DNA from: an uncultured Chloroflexia bacterium
GTDB lineage: Bacteria > Chloroflexota > Limnocylindria > Limnocylindrales > CSP1-4
Direction of reading: 5' to 3'
Assembly: GCA_963823925.1 (NCBI GenBank)
Contig: CAWGNI010000010.1
Location: 279,424-343,423 of the forward strand
DNA: 64,000 nt
Under the pieces are notes generated by a model that was not told where the DNA came from, did not search any database, and worked only from the letters and a program-made list of their open reading frames with translations. Shown piece after piece: positions 41,304 to 51,154 of the stretch (position 1 is its first letter; each line of letters opens with the position of its first letter). The position numbers and the translations under genes were made by a program.

Positions 41304-43293
41304 CGACCGAGTTCCCGCACGTCTTCGAACCGCTCACCCTGCGCCACCGGACCCTGCGCAGCCGGATCAACTTCGGTGCCCACACCGCCAACATGGCCGA
41401 GGACGGCCTGCCCGGCGACCGCCACATCGGCTACTACCGGGAACGCGCTCTCGGCGGCGCCGGGATGATCGTCGTCGAACCCGTGCCGATCCACGCCACC
41501 GGCGTCCTGACCCGCGGCAACTTCCGACACGACGATGACGCCATCATCCCGGCCTTCCGTCGGGTCATCGACGCCTGTCGTGAGGCAAACCCGGATGTCG
41601 TCATGATCCACCAGCTGTACCACGTCGGCCAGCACGGCGATGCCGACAACTCGTTCCGACCGAACTGGTCACCATCCGGCCTGCCGTCCTACCACGACGC
41701 CGACGGCAGCCATGCGATGAGCACGACCGAGATCGATGAGCTGATCGATGGGTTCGTGGCGGCCGCCGGCCGGGCGCAGGCGAGCGGGTTCGACGGGATC
41801 GAGGTCTTCGCCGCCTACCACGCGGTCGTCGACCAGTTCTGGACGCCCTGGTCGAACCGCCGGACCGACCGATGGGGCGCGACCTTCGAGGACCGGATGC
41901 GGTTCTCGAGTGAGATCCTCCGGCGCATCCGCGAGCGCTGCGGCGATGACTTCATCATCGGGCTGGCGGTGAGCGCGGATCCCGGCTCGCCGGCGATGCC
42001 GTCCATCGACGAGCTGGCCTCGATCGTCGCCTGGCACGACGAGCGGCGGTTGATGGACTACGTGACCTGCGGGACCGGTTCCTATTTCGATTTCCACCAG
42101 ATCATGCCGCCATCGCTGTACGACCAACGCCTGGGTGAGCCGTTCGCCGCCGCACTGAAGGGGGTGGTCCGCCATGCCCTCGTCCAGGCCGAGAGCCACA
42201 TCCGGACTCCCGCTGCTGCCGAGGCTGTCCTGGCGGCCGGCCACGCGGACATGGTCAGCATCGTCCGTGGCCAGATCGCAGACCCGCATCTCGTCGCCAA
42301 GGCACGGACCGGTCGCGCCGACGAGGTCAGGCCGTGCATCTCGTGCAACCAGATGTGCTGGGCCCGCCGCTCGCGCGACTACTGGATCTCGTGTCTCGTC
42401 AATCCCTCGGCCGGGCGGGAATGGGAATGGGGCGGCGACCGCTTCGAGCCGGCGCCGGATCCGCGGCGGGTCCTGGTCGTGGGCGGCGGACCCGCCGGCC
42501 TCGAGACGGCCCGGGTTGCCGCTGAGCGGGGCCACAGCGTGACGCTCCACGAACGCGACGCGGTGCTGGGTGGGCAGTTCCGATTGGCGGGTCTTCAACC
42601 ATCGCGCGGCCAGATCACCGACCTGCTGGCCTGGTACGGCCGCCGGCTCGAAGCGCTCGGCGTGGACGTCAACCTCGGTTCGTCGCTTGATGCGAGCGGG
42701 CGTGATCGAGAGCGGGCGCGGACGAGATCGTGGTGGCCACCGGATCACGCCCCCCGCTCAACGGGTTCCAGCGGTCGCTGCCGATGGTGGACCGCCTGCC
42801 GGGCGTCGATGGGCTGGATGTGTGCTCCATCCAGGCGGTGCTCGACGGAAGTGCGGTACCGGGATCCCGTGTACTCGTGCTCGACGACCTCGACGACTGG
42901 CGCGGACTCGGGACCGCGCTCTTCCTCGCCGAGCACGGACGCGCCGTGACGATCATGACCGCCGCCCCGGTCGTCGCGAGGGGCCTCTTCCACAGCGCGG
43001 CCGACGGGCCACTCCGCGCCCGATTCGCGCAAGCCGGCGGCGTGTCAGTCACGTCAGCCTGCCTGATCGAGTGGCGGACCGGCCTGGCCACGATCCGGTC
43101 CACCAGCACGGGGCAGACCCTGGACCTGGCGGCTGACACGCTCGTCATCGCCGAGACCGCCGTCGCCGAGACGGGACTCGCCGAGTCACTGACCGCGCGT
43201 GGGATCCGGTTCCACGAGGTCGGGGACTGCGTCGCGCCACGTCGGGCGAGCCTGGCCATCTACGAAGCCCGTGAACTCGCTCGGCAGCTCTGA
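41300..43293 (+). CDS. Old-yellow-enzyme/TMADH-family FMN+FAD/Fe-S oxidoreductase 1 (frameshifted near 42710)
   Basis: TIM barrel (GFDGIEVFAAYH, DQFWTPWSNRRTDRWG), Fe-S motif CISCNQMC...SCLVNP and Rossmann VVGGGPAGLE. The C-terminus continues in ORF 42730..43293. Confidence 0.9.
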
Positions 43294-43365
43294 GGTTTCC
43301 GGGCGCCGTAAGATGACACCGGGACGCCGCCGGTTGCCGGTGTGCCTCCAGCCGAGGAGATCGCG

Positions 43366-44913
43366 ATGACAGCCCAGGACCTGGAGCAGCCTGCCGCGCG
43401 GCGAGGACGGGCGGCCCGTCAGTCGGAACGTCTCGCCCGGTCGATGGAGACGCTGCCATACCTGACCCGAAAGCTGGCGCCGGTCGAGGTCATCTCGGCC
43501 GAGGGCCTCGAGCTGATCGAATACAACGCCGAAACGCTGCTCGAAGAGGTCGGGATCGAGATCGTCAACTTCCCGGAGGGGGTCGAGATCTTCCGAGGCG
43601 CCGGAGCCGACGTGACCGGTACCCGGGTCCGGTTCCCGCGCGGGATGTGCCGGTCGCTCGTCACTGCGACCGCCCCGGCCGTGTTCACCCAGCGGGCCCG
43701 CAATCCTGGTCGGAGCGTCCGGATCGGGGATCCGCACATGGTCCTGGTGCCGACCTACGGCTCACCGTTCATCCACAACCTCGACGAAGGCCGCCGCTAT
43801 GCGACCATCGAGGACTTCCGGAACTTCGTGAAGCTGACCTACACGAGCCGGACGCTCCATCACGGCGGCGGGACGCTGTGCGAGCCGGTCGACCTGCCGG
43901 TCAACAAGCGTCATCTCGATATGGTCTACAGCCACATCCGCTACTCGGACCGAGCGTTCATGGGTTCGGTGACCCACCCGAGTCGCGCCCAGGATTCGGT
44001 CGATATGGCTCGGATCGTGTTCGGCCAGGAGATCATGGAGCACGACCACGTGATCATGGGACTGGCCAACGCCAACTCCCCGATGTCGTGGGACTTCAAC
44101 ATGCTCGGGTCGGCGAAGGTCTACGCCGAGAACAACCAGATCATGCTCATCACCCCGTTCATCCTCGGCGGGGCGATGGCCCCCGTGACCGTGGCCGCCC
44201 AGGCGACCCAGACCCTCGCGGAGGCGCTTGCCGGGATGGCTTTCTGCCAGATCGTCCGGCCGGGCGCGCCCGTGATCTTCGGATCGTTCGCCTCATCGAT
44301 GTCGATGCAGACCGGCGCACCCACGTTCGGCACGCCCGAGCCACAGCTCGTCCTCTTCGTGCTGGCCGCCCTGGCTCGCCGATTGGGCGTTCCGTTCCGA
44401 AGCGGTGGCAGTTTCACCGCCTCGAAGGTGCCCGATTATCAGGCGGCATACGAAAGCGCCATCAGCTTCCTCACCACGATCCAGGCCGGCGTGAACTTCA
44501 ACCTTCATACCGCCGGCTGGCTGGAGGGCGGCCTCGCCATCGGGTACGAGAAGTTCGTCCTCGATGAGGACCAGGCCTCGATGACGAGCGCGTACATCGC
44601 GGGTGTCGACGTGACCGACAACGGCTACGCTCTGGAAGCCATGCTCGCCGGCGGGCCGGGCCAGCACTTCCTGGGTTCGCCCCACACGCTGGCCAACTTC
44701 GAGCACGCGTTCTGGCGATCCGAACTGTCGAACAACGACAGCTTCGAGCAGTGGGAGCTTGACGGCGGACTCGACGCCGCGCAGCGGGCCAACCGGCGAT
44801 GGAAGAAGCGCCTGGCCGAGTACGAGGCGCCGCCGATCGATCCCGCTCTCGACGAGGCGCTCATCGAGTGGATCGACCGACGCAAGGCGAGCTTCCCGGA
44901 CTCTGACGTCTGA
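43366..44913 (+). CDS. Trimethylamine-methyltransferase (MttB) superfamily protein, pyrrolysine-free, copy 1
   Basis: PVEVISAEGLELIE, RVRFPRG, LCEPVDLP, TPFILGGAMAPVT, TGAPTFGTPE, DYQAAYES and HTAGWLEGGL; no in-frame TAG. GAGGAG SD. Confidence 0.92.
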   Translation: MTAQDLEQPAARRGRAARQSERLARSMETLPYLTRKLAPVEVISAEGLELIEYNAETLLEEVGIEIVNFPEGVEIFRGAGADVTGTRVRFPRGMCRSLVTATAPAVFTQRARNPGRSVRIGDPHMVLVPTYGSPFIHNLDEGRRYATIEDFRNFVKLTYTSRTLHHGGGTLCEPVDLPVNKRHLDMVYSHIRYSDRAFMGSVTHPSRAQDSVDMARIVFGQEIMEHDHVIMGLANANSPMSWDFNMLGSAKVYAENNQIMLITPFILGGAMAPVTVAAQATQTLAEALAGMAFCQIVRPGAPVIFGSFASSMSMQTGAPTFGTPEPQLVLFVLAALARRLGVPFRSGGSFTASKVPDYQAAYESAISFLTTIQAGVNFNLHTAGWLEGGLAIGYEKFVLDEDQASMTSAYIAGVDVTDNGYALEAMLAGGPGQHFLGSPHTLANFEHAFWRSELSNNDSFEQWELDGGLDAAQRANRRWKKRLAEYEAPPIDPALDEALIEWIDRRKASFPDSDV

Positions 44914-44920
44914 GCACGCG

Positions 44921-46973
44921 GTGACCGTCGCAGATCCGCTCCTGCAGCCGTTCCAGCTGCGACACCTCACGCTCCGGAACCGGATCATGAGCACGAGCCA
45001 CGAGCCGGCCTACGCGGAGGACGGGAAGCCCAAGCTGCGGTACCAGCTCTATCACGAGGAGAAGGCCAAGGGCGGGATCGCCCTGTCGATGTTCGGCGGG
45101 TCGACCAACGTCGCCCCGGACTCGCCGGCGGTCTTCGGGCAGCTCTACGCGGGCGATGACGAGATCATCCCGTGGTTCCGCCAGCTCGCCGACCGGATGC
45201 ATGTCCATGGGGCCGCCACGATGATCCAGCTCACCCACATGGGCCGCCGGACCGTCTGGGATGACGGCGACTGGCTGCCGACGATCTCCGCCTCATCGAT
45301 CCGGGAGCCCGCGCATCGCAGCTTCCCGAAGGAGATGGAACCGGCCGACATCCGGCGGGTCGTCACCGCGTTCGCGGAGGCCGCCCGGCGCTGCAAGGAG
45401 GGTGGCCTCGACGGGCTGGAAGTCATCGCCTACGGACACCTGATCGACCAGTTCTGGTCACCCCTGGTCAACCATCGCGGCGACGCCTATGGAGGATCGC
45501 TGGCGAACCGGATGCGCTTCTCGATCGAGGTCCTGGAGGCCATTCGCAGGACCGTCGGGGACGAGTTCATCGTCGGGATCCGGATGACCGGTGGGGAGGA
45601 TGTCGACGGTGGATTGAGCGAAGCGGACGGTCTGGCCATCGCCACGACGCTGGCACGGACGGGCACGATCGACTTCATCAACATCATCAAGGGCTCGATC
45701 GCGACGGACGAGGCCATCTCACACGTGATCCCGGGAATGGGCACGCCGCTCGGGCCTGCGCTCGAGTTCGCCGGACGATTTCGTGAACGGGTCGACCTCC
45801 CGATCTTCCATGCGGCGCGGGTCGCCGACGTCGCGACTGCCCGGCATGCCATCAGTGAGGGCCTGCTGGACATGGTCGGGATGACCCGGGCCCACATGGC
45901 CGACCCGCACATCGTCCGCAAGCTGGAGGCGGGCGAGGCCGATCGGATCCGGCCATGCGTCGGCGCGTCGTACTGCATCAATCGGCTCTACCTCGGCCTG
46001 GACGCGTTGTGCATCCACAATCCGGCAACCGGTCGCGAGGCGACGATCGCCCACGTCACGCCGCCGGCGACGGGCCCGGTGAGGCGGGTGGTCGTCGTCG
46101 GGGCGGGTCCGGCCGGCCTCGAAGCCGCCCGGGTCGCTGCCGAGCGCGGCCACCGGGTGACCCTGCTCGAGGCGTCCGATCGAGCCGGTGGGCAGATCGT
46201 GCTCGCGGCCCGGGCAACGCCACGACGCGGGGACCTGAGTGGGATCGTCGACTGGCTCGTGTCCGAGTGTCGCCACCTCGGTGTGGACCTGCGCCTGGGA
46301 ACCTTCGCCGATCTCGAACTCGATCGCGTCGTTCGAGCCCGACGTCGTCATCATCGCCACGGGCGGCCGTCCACGGATGCCCGCGCTCTCCGAGGGTGAG
46401 GAACTCGTCGTCAGCACCTGGGACATCATCGGCGGTGAAGTCACACCATCCGCGGGTGAGGTCCTCGTGTTCGACGACCACGGCACGGAGGACGCCCTGT
46501 CATGCGTGGAGCGGATGGCGGCCGCCGGGTCATCGGTCGAGATCGTGACGCCGGACCGCCACGTCGGGCACGAAGTGACGGGGACGGCGTATCCGAGCTA
46601 CCTCGCCGCCTTCTACGCCGCGGGCGTCCGGATGACACCGGATCGTCGCCTCCGATCGGTCCGGCGAACCGATGACCGGCGACTTCGACTCGAACTGACG
46701 AGCGACTACGTCGACACCGTCGAGGAACGCGTCGTCGATCAGGTCGTGGTCGAACATGGCACGATCCCCAACGACGAGATCTACAAGGACCTGATCCCAG
46801 GCGCATCCAACGGTGGCGAACTGGATCTCGATCCGTACCTGGCGGGTCGGCCGCAGATGCGGGTCGTCAACGAGGACGGACGCTATCAGCTGTTCAGGAT
46901 CGGCGACGCCGTCGCCAGCCGGAACATCCACGCCGCGATGTACGAGGCCCGCCGGCTGGCCATGGCCCTGTAA
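44921..46973 (+). CDS. OYE-family oxidoreductase 2, StcD/DgcA-like N-methyl-amino-acid demethylase (frameshift near 46316)
   Basis: DPLLQPFQLRHLTLRNRIMSTSHEPAYAEDG, QLTHMGRRT-WDDGDWLP, CVGASYC and FRIGDAVASRNIHAA resemble (recalled) the N-methylproline demethylase StcD and dimethylglycine demethylase DgcA. Confidence 0.82.
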
Positions 46974-49240
46974 ACGGGTCTCCGGCGCGGTTCAGGCCTG
47001 GGCTGGGGATTCGGCGGCCGGTCCTCTCGCTCGATGAGATTGACAAGGTCGGCCGTGTCTCGCTTGCTCGTCTCTGGTTCGTCGGCGGGGTCGACGGGAT
47101 CGGCGAGGGTGGAGTCATCGATCCTCGTGATGGACCCACCCGCTCCGGCTCCACCGAACTCGGCATCGCCGGTCGTCCCGGCCGCGGAGCCGGCCTCGCC
47201 GCCCGGTCGCGCTTGCAGGCGTCGAAGCTCGTCGAGTGGGATGTGGCAGCTCATCATGTGCCCCGGCTCGACCTCGACGAGCGGCGGTTCGGTGACCTCG
47301 CACAGACCGCTGATCGCCCGGTGGCAGCGGGTACTGAAGACACACCCGGACGGCGGGTTGGCCGGACTGGGGATCTCGCCCTCGAGCAGGATCCGGGTCC
47401 GCTGCTCACCGTCGACGTTCGGGACAGCCGACAGGAGCGCCTCGGTGTACGGGTGGTTCGGACCCCGGAAGACGGTCTCGGAATCGCCGACCTCCATGAT
47501 CCGGCCCAGGTACATGACGGCGATCCGGTCGGCCAGGTAGCGGACGACCCCGAGATCGTGCGAGATCAGCAGGTAGCTCGTCTTGCTCTGGATCTGCAGT
47601 TCCGAGAGCAGGTTGAGGATGGCGGCCTGGACCGACACGTCGAGGGCGCTCGTCGGCTCGTCCGCCACGACGATCCGAGGATCCCCGGCGAATGCCCGGG
47701 CGATGGCGACTCGTTGCTTGAGCCCGCCGGAGAGCTGTCGAGGCTTGAGGTCGAGGTGGCGTTGGGTCAGGCGCAGGTCGGCGGCCAGCTTGTCGACCCG
47801 CTGGCTGACGGCCTTGCCCTTCAACCCGGTCAGCTTGGTCACCGACCGCTCCAGGATGTGCCGAGAGGTCCAACCGCGATTGAGGGCCGAGTCCGGGTTC
47901 TGGAAGACCATCTGGATGGAGCGCTTGTCGTCGGTCGGCCGGTCGCCCGAGCGTGGCGCCAGCGGATGCGCATCGAGCTCCACGGTCCCGCCCGCATCCG
48001 GGCTCTCGATCCCGAGGATCGTCCGGGCCATGGTGGACTTGCCCGAGCCGGACTCGCCGACGAGGCCGAGCGTCTCCCCGTCGTACAGGGTCAGGTTGAC
48101 GCCGACGAGCGCCGGGACGTCGGTCCCGCTCTGGTGGAAGGTCTTCGAGACGTTGTCCAGGGAGAGGGCCAGCTCGCCGTGGACGGTGTCGGCGCCGGTG
48201 ACCGCGGGTGGCTCGACCAGCTCATCCAGCCGATCGCGGTGGTGGCACAGCGTCCAGCGGCCCGGGGCGACCTCGACGACGGGCGGCTCCACCGTCCGAC
48301 ACAGCTCGTCGGCGAGCGGGCAGCGGTCGACGAAGACGCAGGTCGGCAAGTCCGTGCCGATCTGGGGCAGGTTGCCGGGGATCGTCGCCAGCTGGCGTTG
48401 CGACTTGCGGATCCCGCGGCGAGGGAGCGATCGCAGCAGGCCGAGCGTGTAGGGATGCTGCGGCGACTCGAAGACCGAGGCCGAGTCACCTTCCTCGACG
48501 ATCCGGCCCGCGTACATCACGCCGACGCGATCGCACAGCGTTCGGATGACGCCAAGGTTGTGGGCGATGAGCAGGACGGCGGCGTTCGTCTCCGCCTGGA
48601 GTTTCCGGACGAGATCGAGGACGCTCGCCTCGACCGTCGCGTCGAGCCCCGTGGTCGGCTCGTCCAGGACCAGCAGTTTCGGGTCCGAGGCGAGGGCGAT
48701 CGCGATCACGATCCGCTGCTGCATCCCACCCGAAAGTTGGTGCGGATACCGCTCGAACACGCCCTCCGGGTCCGCGATCTGCACCCGTTCGAGGGCCTTC
48801 ATCGCGCTGACCCGCGCGTCCTTGCCGTTCTGGCCGAGGATCGTGAACGCCTCCACGACCTGTGGGCCGACCTTGGTCGTCGGGTTGAGGGCGGCGCCCG
48901 GGTCCTGGTAGACCATCGAGGCGTGGTGGATCCGGAAGCGGCGGACCTCGTCGTCGCTCATCTTGGTGATGTCGTCGCCCGACACGAGGATCCGGCCGCC
49001 CGTGATCAGTGCGTTGCGGGGCAGGTATCGGACCGCGGCATAGGCGGTGGTCGATTTCCCACATCCGGACTCGCCGACGAGGCCATACGACTCGCCTGGG
49101 CGCACCTCGAACGAGACCCCACGCAGGACCGGGCGGGGAATGCCGCGGACGACATACGACAGTGACAGGTCGTCGACCTTGAGCGCCGCCGGCGCGTCGT
49201 TCGAGGCCGGCATCGGCGCGCTGACTGCCTCGGCCGTCAT
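46886..49240 (-). CDS. Fused double-domain peptide/nickel ABC ATPase (OppD-OppF type)
   Basis: Two NBDs (GESGCGKST and GESGSGKST; LSGGMQQR and LSGGLKQR) with oligopeptide-ABC Cys tails. The C-terminal end may be earlier than the ORF end because it overlaps the convergent gene. Confidence 0.93.
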   Translation of the reverse strand: MTAEAVSAPMPASNDAPAALKVDDLSLSYVVRGIPRPVLRGVSFEVRPGESYGLVGESGCGKSTTAYAAVRYLPRNALITGGRILVSGDDITKMSDDEVRRFRIHHASMVYQDPGAALNPTTKVGPQVVEAFTILGQNGKDARVSAMKALERVQIADPEGVFERYPHQLSGGMQQRIVIAIALASDPKLLVLDEPTTGLDATVEASVLDLVRKLQAETNAAVLLIAHNLGVIRTLCDRVGVMYAGRIVEEGDSASVFESPQHPYTLGLLRSLPRRGIRKSQRQLATIPGNLPQIGTDLPTCVFVDRCPLADELCRTVEPPVVEVAPGRWTLCHHRDRLDELVEPPAVTGADTVHGELALSLDNVSKTFHQSGTDVPALVGVNLTLYDGETLGLVGESGSGKSTMARTILGIESPDAGGTVELDAHPLAPRSGDRPTDDKRSIQMVFQNPDSALNRGWTSRHILERSVTKLTGLKGKAVSQRVDKLAADLRLTQRHLDLKPRQLSGGLKQRVAIARAFAGDPRIVVADEPTSALDVSVQAAILNLLSELQIQSKTSYLLISHDLGVVRYLADRIAVMYLGRIMEVGDSETVFRGPNHPYTEALLSAVPNVDGEQRTRILLEGEIPSPANPPSGCVFSTRCHRAISGLCEVTEPPLVEVEPGHMMSCHIPLDELRRLQARPGGEAGSAAGTTGDAEFGGAGAGGSITRIDDSTLADPVDPADEPETSKRDTADLVNLIEREDRPPNPQPRPEPRRRPVYRAMASRRASYIAAWMFRLATASPILNS

Positions 49241-50127
49241 TCGCTCATCACCGATTGGAGTGAGTCCGCGATCAGGTTGACCGCGATGACCATGCTGGCG
49301 ATGGCGAGCGCCGGGAACAGGGTCGGCCACCAGACCCCGGAGATCATGTTGTTGTATTCCTGGCTCACCGTGAGCCCCCAGTCCGGGGACGGTGGCTGGA
49401 TGCCCACGCCGAGGAACGACAGCGTGGCGACCGTGAAGATCGCGTACCCGAACCGGACGGTGAGTTCGACGACCGTCGGGCCCAGCACATTCGGGAAGAT
49501 CTCGCGCGACAGGATGAACGGGCCGGACTCCCCGCGCAGCTTGGCCGCGGTCACGTAATCGAGCTGTCGTTCGGACAGGACGGCGGAGCGGACCGTGCGA
49601 GCCACGATCGGGGTGAACAGGATGCCGACGACGCAGATGACGACGATCGGCGACGTCCCGAGGACGACCAGGGTCAGCAGCGCGACGAGGATGACGGGGA
49701 GCGCGAGGAACGCTTCGACCAGCCGGCTGATGAGGTCGTCCACGACGCCGTGGTAGTAGCCCATGATCAGCCCGAGCAGCGTTCCGGCGACGACGCCGAG
49801 GAGGGCGGCCAGCGGGGCGATGATCAGGACGTCTCGGGATCCGACCATGACCCGTGAGAGGACGTCGCGGCCGAGCCGGTCCGTGCCCATCAGGTGCTCC
49901 AGGCTCGGCGGCAACTGGCCGGTATCGAAGTAGTTGAACGGATCGTACGGGGTGATCCGCTCGCCGAGGAGGGCGGTCACGATCCAGCCGACCATGATCA
50001 CGACCCCGATGATGAACGCGGGCCGGTGGAGCAGGACGCGGATCGTCTCGCGGCGTGCCTTGGCTCGCTCCGAGGTCGGTGTGGGTGTCTGGGAGAGGAT
50101 CTCCTCCGGCGTGACCGTGACGTCCAT
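49237..50127 (-). CDS. Peptide/nickel ABC permease (OppC/DppC type)
   Basis: HLMGTDRLGRDVLSR, DYVTAAKLRGES and LSFLGVGIQPPSPDWG. Confidence 0.93.
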   Translation of the reverse strand: MDVTVTPEEILSQTPTPTSERAKARRETIRVLLHRPAFIIGVVIMVGWIVTALLGERITPYDPFNYFDTGQLPPSLEHLMGTDRLGRDVLSRVMVGSRDVLIIAPLAALLGVVAGTLLGLIMGYYHGVVDDLISRLVEAFLALPVILVALLTLVVLGTSPIVVICVVGILFTPIVARTVRSAVLSERQLDYVTAAKLRGESGPFILSREIFPNVLGPTVVELTVRFGYAIFTVATLSFLGVGIQPPSPDWGLTVSQEYNNMISGVWWPTLFPALAIASMVIAVNLIADSLQSVMSE

Positions 50128-51080
50128 CAGCGTTCCGCGTCCAGACGGATCCGTGGGTTCATCCAGGCGATGATCAGGTCAGCGCCGAGCGTCGCCAGCA
50201 TGTAGACGATGCCGATGACGATCGCTCCGGCGGTGAGCATCGGGATGTCCTTTCGCTGGGCGGCGAAGAGCATCGTCTGACCCATCCCGTTGTAGTTGAA
50301 GATCTTCTCGACGGCGATGATCCCGCCGAACAGGTAGCCGATCTGGACGGCGATGACGGCGACCGTCGGGATCAACGCGTTGCGCAGGACGTGGTGGCGC
50401 ATCATCTGGCTCGTCGTGAGCCCCTTCATCGTCGCCGTGCGAGCGTAATCGGACTGCAGCACGTCGATCGTGCCGGCCCGGGTCATCCGGGCGATATAGC
50501 CGAAGTAGACGATGGCCATCGCGGTCGCCGGCATCAGCAGGTATCGGATCTGGGTCAGGACGTCTGCGTCCGGCGGCGGCGTCGCGAGGACCGGGAGCAG
50601 GTGGAAGTGCACCCCGACGACGACGACCAGGATCGTCCCCGTGACGAACTCCGGGATCGATGACGAGGTCACGCCGAGCAACACGATCGCCCGGTCCGCG
50701 GGTCTGTCCCTTCGTCTCGCGGCAAACAGACCCGCGATGATGGCGAGCGGGATGGTGATGAGCAGTGCCAGTCCGGCGAGCTTCGCCGAACGGCCGATCG
50801 CATCCACCAGCTGGGGCAGGACGGGCTGGCTCGTGATGTACGAGTCGCCGAAGTCGAGGGTGACGATCCCGACCATCGCATCGACGTACTGGACCAGGAT
50901 CGGACGGTTGGTGCCGAGGCGCTCGTTGAGCGCATCGACACTTTCCTGTGGCGCGAACGGGCCGAGGATCGTCCGCCCGATGTCGTTGGGCAGGACATTC
51001 GCGATGATGAACACGATCGTGGCCAGCAGCCACAACGTGACGAGCGACAGGAGCAGTCGGCGCCCGACGAACCGGCCCAT
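50127..51080 (-). CDS. Peptide/nickel ABC permease (OppB/DppB type)
   Basis: LDFGDSY, SSIPEFV, RMTRAGTIDVLQSDYARTA and HVLRNALIP. Confidence 0.93.
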   Translation of the reverse strand: MGRFVGRRLLLSLVTLWLLATIVFIIANVLPNDIGRTILGPFAPQESVDALNERLGTNRPILVQYVDAMVGIVTLDFGDSYITSQPVLPQLVDAIGRSAKLAGLALLITIPLAIIAGLFAARRRDRPADRAIVLLGVTSSSIPEFVTGTILVVVVGVHFHLLPVLATPPPDADVLTQIRYLLMPATAMAIVYFGYIARMTRAGTIDVLQSDYARTATMKGLTTSQMMRHHVLRNALIPTVAVIAVQIGYLFGGIIAVEKIFNYNGMGQTMLFAAQRKDIPMLTAGAIVIGIVYMLATLGADLIIAWMNPRIRLDAER

Positions 51081-51112
51081 CGCCCTAGGTCACCCGATAC
51101 GGAGTCACGCCG

Positions 51113-51148
51113 GCACGGGGACCGTGGCACTCGCCACCGTCCCCGTGC
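51113..51148. terminator. Long intergenic hairpin between the SBP and permease genes (mRNA-stabilising or attenuating)
   Basis: GCACGGGGAC (51113-51122) pairs with GTCCCCGTGC (51139-51148), with an inner GTGGC/GCCAC stem. Confidence 0.65.
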
Positions 51149-51154
51149 GGGGCC

